A stretch of 64,000 nt of DNA from Eledone cirrhosa. Lineage: Eukaryota. The stretch spans positions 154,318,001 to 154,382,000 of the forward strand of contig OZ024740.1 of the NCBI GenBank assembly GCA_964016885.1, written 5' to 3'. This document shows, one piece after another, positions 51,006 to 63,900 of this stretch (position 1 is the stretch's first letter; the number at the start of each line of letters is the position of its first letter). The position numbers and the translations under genes are program-made. The notes beneath the pieces were generated by a model. The model worked only from the letters and a program-made list of their open reading frames with translations. It ran no database searches and was not told where the DNA came from.

Positions 51006-51551
51006 ATTGATCGATCGATATTTATCTATCTATCTCTGTCATTTTCTCATTTTCTTTCGTATTTCTCAGAAAGTAATCGACTGTGTTCATACCTGGAGAG
51101 GGATGAGCGCCACCAGGTTTCGAAAGACAAACGGATACTGTGTAACGCCATGGTACATGTATGACTTCATCTGGGTTTCAGAGCATATGAAATGGCATGG
51201 CATTATTTTAGTGTGGCTAACACGATGCATACAATGGGGGGGGGGGGGGGGCTTTTTGATTTATTCTTTATCATTGGTGTATGTTATTGTTTAGCACATG
51301 ATTAAGGCTGATCAAGTATTCCAGGCATTCTAGAAGGTGAAGATTTCTTACATGCAGGGAATCAGGAACCACATTCTCCAACGTATCCTTTTTTGAGAAT
51401 GTTACCTGTTATTCATGGGAGATTTGGCTATGATTTCTAGCCGTACGATCTTCCTGCTATTTCAAGCGCTAAACTAATATATTCCTTCCATATACTGTAA
51501 CGTTTGTGCTGTTATTTCTGTTTACTTTTTACATACTTATATATATATATA

Positions 51552-51675
<124 letters not shown>

Positions 51676-51939
51676 TGAAGATAGAAAGATAGATAGATAA
51701 TTAGATAGACGTGTGTGTAGTGAGAAATGTAGTCAGCGTGTCAAAATTTTACAAAAGTATGCGTGTATGTGTGTATCTCTGTAGATGTATGTGTGTGTAT
51801 ATATATGTGTGCGTATGTGTGTGTGCGTGTGTGTATTTTTATGTATGTATGCATGTATGTTTGCATATATGCATGTTAGCATACATGCATATATGTATGA
51901 ATGCATGTATGTATGTATGAATTTATGTATGTATGTATG

Positions 51940-52460
51940 TTATCTCTTTCTCTTAATTTCGAGTATATTTTTTTGACCGGCCACCTTCCTGGTGGCAAGG
52001 TTGTAAAAGAAAAGAAATTGTCATCCCTGGAATCGCAAGAAATTTTGCAAATTTTGAAGGTGCCAGCTATCGCAGCCATTTGTAGACTATGAATTAGGGA
52101 GCTGCGCTCTTTGTCCGCAAATCCAAGTTCAGTCACACTTTGGTCCAAGCGGGTTGGTATATAACCCGTACCTCCAATAATGATGGGTATGAAGCTAAAG
52201 GTGTATCTTGGATACTGGATTTGTAAACTCCTCATCAATGGTCCGTAGATGTCCTCCTTCTCCTGTATTTTTCTGACAACGTTTATATCAAGTGGGCAGC
52301 TGATCTCCACAACAGAACACGTTTTCAATGTATGGTCCCAAACAAAAATATCAAGCCGGTTGTGCTTTAATTTGGTGGCAGTTTTTATTTTCAGGTTCCA
52401 CCAGTATTCCTTAGTGCCATCTGTCTCAATATATTCTTCCTCGTTTGTTGTTAATTTTGA
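51940..52460 (-). mobile_element. RLE-type LINE 3' fragment (R4/NeSL-like) in (CATA)n
   Basis: EYWWNL..HNRLDIFVW..VVEISCPLD..KEDIY..IPIIIGGTG. Confidence 0.8.
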
Positions 52461-52604
52461 TGTATGTATATATGTCTATATGTATGAATGAATGTATGTA
52501 TGAATTTATGTATGTATGTAAGTGTGTATGTATGTATGTTAGTATGTATGTATCCATGCATGTATGTATGTCTATATGTATGTTTATATGTATGTATGTA
52601 TATA

Positions 52605-53212
52605 TGTCAGGTCACCAGTCAGTGCTACAGGTAACATGTATCCCAGTACAACCTGTCTCATGGTCGGGTCGTTGGCGACTAAACTGGCAACCCCACCAAG
52701 GTTTCTTGGTGGGGAGGGTGACTTTGGACATCCTGCAGGACTAAAAACAAAACCTGTCAAAGGGCAAAGGAGCTCTTAAGAATCAATGGCTATCCAAAAT
52801 CACCGGGAGAGTTGACCCCTTAGCCTTTGTCAAGGCAGAATTCTAGGAGAAAGAAAACTCTGATATAACACCTGCAACTCTGATGGTATCCAATGATGTT
52901 GACTTGTTCTCCTTTTTGGTAAATATCATCTTGGATAAGAGAGTGGGACTGGCTTTGTGCAGTGCCTTTGCTCACTATAAAAGCTTCACGACACAGGCAT
53001 TGCTTTATATCTGGAGATCTCTCTGCACTTGTCGTCACATGGTACCATGGGCCCAGCACTATGTGTCAGTAATTGTCACAAGTGTAGTGTTTGTACCAGA
53101 GTTTTCAAGTCGCTGGATGGACTAAAAAGTCATTCGTTCAGCGCATCGGTAGGGGTTCTCCTACATGGATATAAAGTAGTGGCCGTACTCGAAAACTAGT
53201 TGGCAGCCACCA
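52605..53212 (+). mobile_element. RTE-derived non-autonomous element, copy 3
   Basis: Near-identical to the other copies; lies in (TATG)n. Confidence 0.85.
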
Positions 53213-53330
53213 TGTATGTATGTATATATGTATGTCTATATGTATGTATACATACATGCATGCATGTATGTATGTATGTATGTATGTATGTATGTATGTA
53301 TGTATGTATGTATGTATGTATGTATGAATG

Positions 53331-53943
53331 TGTCAGGTCACCAGTTGGTGCTACTAGTAACATGTATCCCAGTACAATCTGTCCCATGGTCGGATCGTTG
53401 GCGACTAAACTGGCAACCCCACCAAGGTTTCTTGGTGAGGAGGGTGACTTTGGACATCCTGGAGGACTAAAATCAAAACCTGTCAAAGGGCAAAGGAGCT
53501 CTTAAGAGTCAATGGCCATCCAAAATCACCGGGAGAGATGACCCCTTAGCCTTTGTCAAGGTAGAATTCTAGGAGAAGGAAAACTCTGATATAACACCTG
53601 CAACCCTGATGGTATCCAATGATGTTGACTTGTTCTTCTTTTTGGTAAATATCATCTTGGTTAAGAGAGTGGGACTGACTCTGTGCAGTGCCTTTGTTCA
53701 CTATAAAAGCTTCACGACACAGGCATTGCTTTATATCTGGAGATCTCTCTGCACTTGTCGTCACATGGTACCATGGGCCCAGCACTATGTGTCAATAATT
53801 GTCACAAGTGTAGTGTTTGTACCAGAGTTTTCAAGTCGCTGGCTGGACTAAAAAGTCACACTCGTTCAGCGCATCGGTAGGAGTTCTCCTACATGGATAT
53901 AAAGTAGTGGCCGTACTCGAAAACGAGTTTGCAGCCACCACCA
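53331..53943 (+). mobile_element. RTE-derived non-autonomous element, copy 4
   Basis: 53800-53880 translates as CHKCSVCTRVFKSLAGLKSHTRSAHR-stop; lies in (TATG)n. Confidence 0.85.
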
Positions 53944-54075
53944 TGTATGAATGTATGTATATATGTCTATATGTATGAATGTATGTATGTATGAATTTAT
54001 GTATGTATGTAAGTGTGTATGTATGTAAGTATATATGTATGCATGCATGTATGTATGTAAGTATGTCTATATGTC

Positions 54076-54107
<32 letters not shown>

Positions 54108-54375
54108 TGTATGTATGTATGTATGTTTATATATATGTCTATATGCATGTATGGATGTATATATGTATGTCTATATGTATGTATACATACATGCATGTAT
54201 GTATCTATGTATGTATGTATGTATGTATATATGTCTATATGTATGAATGAATGTATGTATGTATGAATTTATGTATGTATGTAAGTGTGTAATTATGTAA
54301 GTCTGTATGTAAGTGTGTATGTATGTTAGTATATATGTATACATGCATGTATGTATGTATGCCTATATGTATGTC

Positions 54376-54407
<32 letters not shown>

Positions 54408-54505
54408 TGTATGTATGCATGTATGTATGTATGTATGTATGTATGTATGTATGTATGTATGTCTATATGTATGTATACATACATGCATGCATGTATCTAT
54501 GTATA
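53944..54505. repeat. Imperfect (TATG)n array
   Basis: Tetranucleotide repeats; also at 51840-51940, 52460-52604 and 53213-53330. Confidence 0.95.
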
Positions 54506-55090
54506 CACTCACATATATTTAAATACGTCAGTCTAACTGAAAGCCTTAACTGTGAAACATTCTAAACATGTTGAATCTTGTCTGGAAAGACGACGAAACC
54601 TTAGACACTAGTAATTAAATTGGGTCTATTAGAGACTTTTTAATGGCCGTTACTCTTGTTGCAATTTATGCGCTTTTGTCGCCGCTGTTTCTGCTCTTGT
54701 TCTTGTTGTTGCTGTTGTTGCTGTTATTGATGTTAAAGCTACTGTTTTTTTTTGTTTTTTGTTTTTTGCTTTTTGTTTTTTGTTTTTTGTTTTTTGTTTT
54801 GTTGATCTTGTTGTTGCCATCGCTATTTTTATTGTTGTTGTTGCTATTGTTGCTGTAGTTGTTGTTGGTCGTGTTGCTGTTACTGTTTTTGTTGTTGATG
54901 ATGATGATGATGATGATGATGAGGAGGAGGAGGAGGAGGAGGAGGAGGAGGAGGAGGAGGAGGAGGAGGAGGATGGTGGTGGTGATAATGATGATGAGGA
55001 GGAGTGGGATGAGGAGGCGGAGGAGGATGGTTGTGAAATGTGAATACAGAACCTGACATTTAGACAGATAGACGTTTGTTGTTTTTGTTG

Positions 55091-55197
<107 letters not shown>

Positions 55198-56247
55198 ACA
55201 GGTGCTGTTAATGGGGGCAGTGGGAGTAATGGGCTATTGAAGACATTGTAAGAAAGGTAATGTGACTATGTTGTGTACCCTCCGGGGTCGGTAAAATAAT
55301 GGTTGTCAAGTAATGTAAGTCGATCACGTCGACTTTACTATTTCACAAGATTTATGGCCAGTCCCTTCTGTTAGAAATCAATAGTAATTGCCAGACATGT
55401 TAAACAGCGCCATCTGTATATGTAGACCCGAGGTACCACTGGATTTAGAGCTCTTATGCTAGTCTATGATGCAATCTTTGTGTATATAAAGGCTTCGGTG
55501 CTCTGCTCTTCCTGAAGCCTCACTGGATCTAGAGTACCAATGCTAATATATGAAGCAGTGGTTGTATATGTAAGTGGGTGGAGACAATGCATTATCTTTT
55601 TATTTTTTGCTCGATAGCCTATAATGTTTTTAACGTGGCCCTGGTGTTAAATTCCTTTTTCAAGGGTGCTTTAGGAAAAGATGTGCAGGGTATGAAGAAT
55701 ATCTTTCATCATAAAATTAAGCTTAACTAATATGAGAAATATGTTAGAAAAAGTGACAGACCCGCCTAGGAGAGTCGAACCGCATATCTATTGTATATCT
55801 GTCAACTGCATAGACTACTCTGTGTGCGTGTGAGTGTGTGAAGAAGCAAGACCGAAAGAAAAACTAGATCAATTACAGGGTTACAGTTTGGTGGTTATAT
55901 GTGAGTACCAGTAATACAATGGTGTTTTAAGTTACAGCCTTTAGCAGTTATGGCATTAAGCAAGAAGAGAAAGAAACAGAATATTTGTTATCGATATACT
56001 CCCCGACAACAATATTACTAAAAGTGAGCAGCACTACTGCTATCACAATGTTGCCATCTCAACAACAGGGTGACGCTTATGTTCATCTATCCACTTCATC
56101 AGCATGCCACTGACAATTATTTTACAAAAGAAATTTCATCTATAAACTGACACATAGATTATTAAGTGTTTCACATGACACAATTAGGGTGCCGAGAATT
56201 ACTACTGACAATCTATAGATATTTGTTTTGCCATTTCTCTTGCATTG

Positions 56248-56426
56248 GTGAATTGGCAGTATCGGTAGAGGGTCAGACATGCTTTCTAGCGTAGTTACGT
56301 CCCTTTACGATCTGAGTTCAAATCCCGCTGAGGTTAACTTTGCCTTTCATCCTTACGAGGTCGATAAAATAAAGTACCAGTAATGTACTGGGTAATTGCT
56401 GGCCTTGTGCCAAAAGTAGAAACAAT
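56248..56426 (+). mobile_element. SINE, near full length
   Basis: A/B-box head, core, GTAGAAAC-AATT end. Confidence 0.9.
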
Positions 56427-56467
56427 TATATGTACATATATATACACACACGCGCGCACGCGTCCGC

Positions 56468-56507
<40 letters not shown>

Positions 56508-56659
56508 AAGGTACTCAATACATAGCAGAGTATACATATTTAATATAGAAATGGCTTTTACAGAGCTAGAACTGTTTCATTCGGGAGAAATCATCAGGAA
56601 AGCTTTCCTGATGTGTATATATATATATATGTGTAAGTGTGTGTGTGTGTGTGTATAAG

Positions 56660-56700
<41 letters not shown>

Positions 56701-56722
56701 GCACGCACACACACACACACAA

Positions 56723-56753
<31 letters not shown>

Positions 56754-56768
56754 CACACACACGCACAC

Positions 56769-56816
<48 letters not shown>

Positions 56817-56819
<3 letters not shown>

Positions 56820-57933
56820 AATATAAATTAGCGAGAATCGTATTTCGGGTTAGAAATTAACGAAAAGCAACTTCCGAGATGTGTGGCAAGCGCTCAATGA
56901 TTCAGATGAACCAGAGCTACAACATACGTTAAAGGCGTATGTTGTAAAGGCACATTCTGAGACGATGGTTAAACAATCATCCGCATAGCCACAAAACGAC
57001 CAAGTAATTCGGGTCAAACAAATAAAAATATATGTGATTGAAAACATTTTACCCAGACCCCTGGATGGTTGGTAAAATCCAGCATTTGGGTTTCTGCGAC
57101 TCCTAAATCAAGTACTGTCCGCTTACACAAATAATGTTAGGCTTCTGGTAAGATGATTGAACAAGGAAGCCACTTTTTCAACAGGTTTTAGTTCGAGTGC
57201 TAATTTAAGGAATGACCGTTACCGACCCCACGTGGGGCTCGGCAAGGGAGACAACCCTTATTTTAGGCGGATGAATTCAGTATGTGTATATTATTGCAAG
57301 AATGCAAAACATCACAAAACGAATTAAGCTCTCAACAGAATGGTTATAAGTTAACATAAGCTATTCATAAGTCAATAGAATCAACTAAAAAAAAAAATCT
57401 AGAAAATTAACTGGTCAATAGCTAGACTCTGGAGATTAATACAAATATAAATTAGCGAGAATCGTATTTCGGCTTAGGAATTAACGAAAAACAACTTCCG
57501 AGATGTGTGGCAAGCGCTCAATGATTCAGATGAACCAGAGCTACAACATACGTTAAAGGCAAAACACACTGAGACGATGGCTAAACAATCATCCGCATAG
57601 CCACAAAACGACCAAGTAATTCGGGTCAAACAAATAAAAATATATGTGATTGAAACAATTTTACCCGGACCCCTGGATGGTTGGTAAAATCCAGCATTTG
57701 GGTTTCTGCGACTCCTAAATCAAGTACTGTCCGCTTACACAAATAATGTTAGGCTTCTGGTAAGATGATTGAACAAGGAAGCCACTTTTTCAACAGGTTT
57801 AGTTCGAGTGCTAATTTAAGGAATGACCGTTACCGACCCCACGTGGTGCTCGGCAAGGGAGGCAACCCTTATTTTAGGCGGATGAATTCAGTATGTGTAT
57901 ATTATTGCAAGAATGCAAAACATCACAAAACAA
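56817..57933. repeat. 1.8-copy tandem of a ~624-bp non-coding unit
   Basis: 56817-57320 repeats at 57441-57931 with few differences. Confidence 0.92.
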
Positions 57934-57961
57934 ATTATTAGTTAATTAATTATATCATATA

Positions 57962-58011
<50 letters not shown>

Positions 58012-58040
58012 TATATGATATAATTAATTAACTAATAATT
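57933..58040. repeat. Palindrome: ~33-bp inverted arms around (TA)n
   Basis: AATTATTAGTTAATTAATTATATCATATACTGT ... ACAGTATATGATATAATTAATTAACTAATAATT. Confidence 0.9.
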
Positions 58041-58098
58041 AAGTATATATCCTTAAGATGGAAGAAACGTGCTTTAATTAGAATATGATATAATTAAT

Positions 58099-58220
58099 TG
58101 TTTCTACTTTTGGCACAAGGCCAGCAATTACTCAGTCCATTACTGGTACTTTATTTTATCGACCCCGTAAGGATGAAAGACAAAGTTAACCTCGGCGGGA
58201 TTTGAACACAGATCGTAAAG
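58099..58220 (-). mobile_element. 5'-truncated SINE with an 18-bp target-site duplication
   Basis: GAATATGATATAATTAAT at 58081-58098 and 58221-58238. Confidence 0.9.
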
Positions 58221-58539
58221 GAATATGATATAATTAATAATATTTGGTCTTGCGATACCAGGACATCCACTTAACACAGCTACATCAAATATATTTTATA
58301 AGAATATTATTCTGATAACACCCTGATATCCCTAAAGTTGAGAACATTTTATGAATTTTGCCACAGTAAGGACATTAAATACTTTTTCATAAAACAATGG
58401 TCCTCGTTGTCAAAAGGATAAATCTTAAAAAGCCCAGAAGATAGCACAAATAAATCGCAACGGCCGGTGATGTTGCCCCCACACACAGCGGATGTCTCAG
58501 GGCAATTTCCTCCTTAGCTCCTTCCTCCCATTAAATCCA

Positions 58540-58588
<49 letters not shown>

Positions 58589-59390
58589 ACACACACACAC
58601 ATATATATTAGTTTGATTAAAATAACAAGAGGCTGAACTCGTGACGTTCCTTTAAAGTTTTATTGTTGCAAAAACATTATATATATTTCAATGGCCTGGT
58701 TACGTAAGATCCTGGCAACATCATCACGTTCGGATTGCATAATTAGGTAATCAATAAAGGAATTACGGCAAACACAAACAGAGAAAATATAGAAAATATT
58801 TGATTCGGAGATGGCCTGTGAAATAGATGTTATTGTTGCTGCAGGCCATCTTCGAATATATATATATTCGGTGGTGTGCAGAATAATATATTAATAAAAT
58901 ATCAGAAGAAATAAAGCACTGATATCACTTGCATAAAAATAAATATAATTGTTTATAATTTGAATCTAGCGCTTACCTCTTTCCCACAAGACTTACTAAA
59001 ATATAAATTTAGTTGTTATTAAAAGGGTAGTCAAACCGGAAGATGCCGATGTGTATTTTAGTATCTCTTTAAGTAGAGCTATTTTGGTTTAGTTTTGGGG
59101 TGAATTTCTTTATAAAATTTCCAACCGATACTTTCGATCATCCCTTATATAAAGGAATCGATCGCTTACCGAATGGGGTGGAACTCGTTATATCGGACCA
59201 GGTAAACAATGTTTCCGTTTGTCTTTTCATCGCTGATAATGTTCACCAGTCGCCACTCCTGACAAAGATCATCTCTTGATCATTTACTGAACACACAAAT
59301 TTCTAAATTTTCTGTTTTCTTCCCTAAGAAACCTTAGACAACGAAAGAGAATTTGTGAAAGATTTTTTAATTTAATAAATGAATAGATAC

Positions 59391-59404
<14 letters not shown>

Positions 59405-59470
<66 letters not shown>

Positions 59471-59511
59471 CTGTGTGTGTGTGTCTGTGTGTGTGTGTGT
59501 GTGCGTGTGTG

Positions 59512-59557
<46 letters not shown>

Positions 59558-59603
59558 TGTGTGTGTGTGTCTGTGTGTCTGTGTGTGTGTGTGTGTGTGT
59601 GCG

Positions 59604-59672
<69 letters not shown>

Positions 59673-59708
59673 GCGTGTGTGCGTGCGTGTGTGTGTGCGT
59701 GTGTGTGT
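59405..59708. repeat. (TG)n microsatellite, about 300 bp
   Basis: Near-perfect TG repeats. Confidence 0.97.
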
Positions 59709-62180
59709 GAGGGAGAGTAAGTGTAAGTGTGTGTGTGTCAGTTTACATGTATTTATATATATATCATATTATATATTACATTAAATTCCCCTGTTATGGG
59801 TGTATATCAATGTCGAGTTGAGGCAATATTATTCGTCTAAATTATGGTTGGAAAAGGAACCAACACACACAAACATACTTCTAGAAATAAATGCCGATCG
59901 ATCAAATGGTTGCGGTAGATGATCGATGGCTGGAAGTAACAGATATATTTCTCGTGATTTAATACATTAGTCTTCTTAAATGACATTTCTACATCGGCTG
60001 TTTGAATTCTGAATTCATATTTGGCAAAGCTATATTTGGAAAATTGAAATAAAAGAGCATGCTATTTCTCCCCTTTTTTCTTTTCTTTTGTGAGTAAGCA
60101 TAGATCAAAAACATTTATATATAAAATGCGATATCATCGTTAGAGAACGACTTGACATCATATAGCACAATACAAACGGAAGAATTATCTCTTATGGCAC
60201 AATGTTATCTGATAGGAAATAAGAAAAAAGATTATTATTGATGCCTTAAAGAAGAGATCTTCGGTCATATCTATGTAATACTATATAATCGACTAAATGA
60301 TTTCATCTGTAAGGTTATGTTATATAAACTAGTTAAAAATTTCACGCCAAACAGGTGAAATACACAGAACCAAATATATACCGACTATATATATATACAA
60401 GATAAAATAAAATAAATTAAAGATAACAGAATAAATGGACATCGGTCGTATTTAACGATCAGTGTTCCAGCTGTTCGCTCAAAGTAAGTGCCTACTCGTG
60501 AAAGTAACATGTAAGGGACCGAATGTGCCTTTAACATAATTCTCAGGGAGAATCTGCGTGCCCTTTGAATTACAGATAGTCAATCCAACGAGCTTCCAAA
60601 CATAATTTTTTATCCACTTTCGCTAACAGATTTGAGTGACTATAGTAAAAGATACCTCCCCCAAGACAGCATGGAATGGGATCGATATCGGAATCTAATA
60701 ATTATGAAGCGAACTTCCTAACCACATAGCTATATCAGCTTAAATATCAATTCTAGTCAAGAAAAGAAAGGGAAATAACTCCCTGAAATTGCAAATAAAC
60801 CGAATTAAAATGCAGCGTGTCAGGTCAACTCTGGACATGTTTCGATTACATTAGACCTCCACGGCAAGCATTGTCTTTACTAGTAGTGAGAAACCAAGAG
60901 GGCTTAAGAGTTATTCTTGTGCCTGCATTTTTTTAATTATTATTACTCTTTTACTGATATTCAGTCATTGAATAGCGATCATACGGGGGATACAGACGAT
61001 TTTAATTTGTATTTCAGTCTGGTACATATATTGAACCCGATTTCTTGAACTACTAAGTGATGGAGAATAAAGTAATATTAACATAAACTACATCAATTTA
61101 CAGACTGTAAACAAATATAAATACAACCACGGATACTAAAACTTTAAAGGCGTGTGTTTGCAGAATACCCAGCTTCTTAGATGTTAGTTACATGATCAGG
61201 GTGTTCCGTTGTTCAAATAATTGGAATACTGATCGTCGAAACCAGCAGAGGTTCATTCCATATATATATATATTTCATCCTCACTTACCTCGTGGATTGT
61301 CTCTCGACCGACCACTGGCCAATGGTCTCTGTCCTCTGAGGTAGCTTTACCCATCGCTGTCATTGACAGCATTTTGGCAGTTTAAACGGCTGTCCTAGAG
61401 ATGAGCTTTCTCACTCTTATATGAATACACTCTTGCCTCGTCTCGATCAGAGACAACAATGTTCATTCATTTAACTTTATCATAGATATGATTAGCTTTC
61501 TATTTAGGACATAAACTATGGCTTGAGGTTCACTTATTTATCCCGTTATTTTATTTTATTTGTCTTCTTTCGTCCTTCTATCACACACACATTATACCAA
61601 CAGAAAGATTTATTTTTCTGTTGCCCGATCCAGCATTTTAAAATGGTACTCTCAATTAAATCGTGCGAAACCATTTTGCTGGTTTGAGAGCTGATGATGG
61701 GGAATATGTGTGCGCGCGAACTTGTCTTGTACATCGCCTTTCTTTATTTCCTTCTACTAGTCACTTATCTGCACCAACAACCTTCTCCTTGTTCCCTTTC
61801 TTTTTCAATCTTTTCTATATTTCATCTGCGTGTCACCCACTTCGTGGATTGTGTCTCTCTACCGACCGTTGGCTGCTGGTCTCTGTCGATTAAGGCATTT
61901 GTATCCAACGCGATGAGTTTCCTCATTTTTGTATGAATTCAAATACATTCTCGCTTCGTCTCGATCAGAGGAAACAATGTTTATATATATATATATATAT
62001 TCAGTAATTAGGAATATTCCAAAGCTTGGTAGAACAAGTTGTGAGGAAAGTTATCAACATACGTTAAGGTGACTCGACAGGTTGGTAGGGATTCTGTAAT
62101 GGAAACACGAACAAACGAGGAGTGTAATCAAAAGAGAGAAATATGACGAAGGTAAACAGTTACAAAAGGATTTAATCCAC

Positions 62181-62281
62181 GTATTAACAATTGTTTCATC
62201 AGAATTTCAGTCCATTATTGCTACACTGTGTAATAATAGGCAATCAAGAAAGATACTGTGGCATCCGAATTTTCAAAATAC
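62181..62281 (-). ncRNA. Type I hammerhead motif, U3-A8 variant
   Basis: Stem I GTATT/AATAC, TTGAAAA, stem II TCGGA...TCTGA, GAAAC, palindromic ACAATTGT, GUU. Confidence 0.7.
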
Positions 62282-62325
62282 AAAGTTGAAATGACCTTAC
62301 GAAATGAAATAGGGGTAGTAGTGTA

Positions 62326-62374
<49 letters not shown>

Positions 62375-63050
62375 TATAAACAGGTATATTGTCTGTCCTT
62401 CATTTACCAGTTTTTCTCGATGAATTAATTAATTAAATAAATAATCAATTAGTCAGAGCTTTATGAAATTCTAAATAAGATAACAAGTTGCCTAATTTTA
62501 CTTCAGTGTTCCGACTGGAGTTTCACAATGTGGTTTGTCGCTTTGAATATTTGGGGGCATCCATAACATTGAGGACACGGCTTTTCAAAAGAAAACATTT
62601 TTCTAACTGATCGTTGCCAGTGACATTTTCGAAAGGGAAAAATATCACGTGGTTTATGGTCATCAAGAAGGGTAGCGAAAGGTGGACTATTGGCAGTCGT
62701 GACTATTAACACTCTTTCCACTTATAATTATATATGTGTGTATAAATATATATATATACATACATATATATATATATATTGGTAAACGGAATAGAAAATG
62801 CTGACAAATTGTTCACAGTTGAAAAATGGTTTAATTAGGAATAAAAGAGTATTAGTGATTGTATGGGTTAGTATTCAGTTGTGGTTTTAAGTTTTTAAGT
62901 TTTTACCGGTTGCGCATTTCTAAATGCTTTTCAAAAATAATTCTGAGATAGAGTGTCCGTGCTGTTTGCGGCTAGGCGGTTCCGCCGCCGACCCGTACTT
63001 TTACGAGTAGCTGCCGGGAAAGACAGACGGCAAGACGGCGGCGTGTATAC

Positions 63051-63140
63051 GCGACGCGAGGCGAAGTTACGCGACGCGAGGCGAAGTTACGCGACGCGAG
63101 GCGAAGTTACGCGACGCGAGGCGAAGTTACGCGATGCGAC
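63051..63140. repeat. 20-bp CpG-rich tandem repeat
   Basis: GCGACGCGAGGCGAAGTTAC, four perfect units plus a partial one. Confidence 0.95.
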
Positions 63141-63174
63141 ACGACGCCTCCGTCTTCCGCCTCGAACCCGGCAA

Positions 63175-63605
63175 ACGTTCCTTTCATGTCCAGTTCTATG
63201 AGGGTCTTATAATTCTCCATGGCTCCTTCGTATACTCTGACTCTGTCTCTTTGGTTGTAGCCAGAGAACTGCATGCGGTTGATGAAGTGTTGGATGTGTC
63301 TTTCCATTTCTGTTGGGTCGCACATGCGGGACACATTCTTCATCACTCGTACCAAATCTGCGATCAGAATATTAAACTTAGCACTACTGGACATTGCTGA
63401 GTTTTTGAGTATCAGGTATTTGGAGGCCATGGGTTTAGCATAGTGTGAGTGGAGAATTTGGGCTCTCTCGTCTATAGTGTTAATCCAGAGTTCCGTGTCT
63501 AATACAGGTAGTCTATTGTTAGGGTGTTTGAAAGGGTAGTCGATAGTTACAGTTATACTCTGGTGTATGGAATTAGCTATCTGCTGGATGCTTTCCATTG
63601 TGCAA
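63175..63605 (-). pseudogene. PLE RT C-terminal fragment
   Basis: IANSIH..TIDYP..RLPVLDTELW..HYAKPMAS..SAM..MQFSGY. Confidence 0.85.
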
Positions 63606-63685
63606 CGTCTAAATCAAACTTGTTAGTGCTCTCTAGTGGGGATGTTCTTATAACATGTTATATATAACATGTTATATATAACATG

Positions 63686-63743
<58 letters not shown>

Positions 63744-63818
63744 AGATGAGCAAGCAAGATTTAAACAATTCTTTAAAATAAATTAAAAAATATAATTTAA
63801 ATATTTACCTATTCCAAT

Positions 63819-63900
63819 TGCTTTTACCGATCGGTTTCACTTCACAAAAGATTGGAGATCCTAGGGACTTCCAATGGAAAGTTTAGATCATCAGAAAGCA
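63819..63900 (-). ncRNA. Type I hammerhead motif, canonical core
   Basis: Stem I TGCTTT/AAAGCA, CTGATGA, long stem II (ATTGGA/TCCAAT), GAAAC, palindromic ACCGATCGGT, GUA. Confidence 0.85.

Noticed and set aside
54531-54606. GTCTAA-CTGAAAG...GAAAC-C-TTAGAC
   Set aside because: Stem I is present but the core is altered and stem III and the triplet are missing; at most a dead relic.
57008-57190. Hammerhead inside the 624-bp tandem
   Set aside because: Candidate cores (TCAAACA; minus-strand TTGAAAA) do not combine with consistent stems I and III.
58673-58730. Minus-strand GATGA...GAAATATATATA with stem I AACGT/ATGTT
   Set aside because: The core lacks two nucleotides; probably a relic, not counted as a ribozyme.
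58240-61260. Host exons or promoter in the least repetitive stretch
   Set aside because: No convincing ORF or splice-bounded exon; only faint old SINE-like remnants near 60500-60735 and 60940-61090. Short exons cannot be excluded without RNA data.
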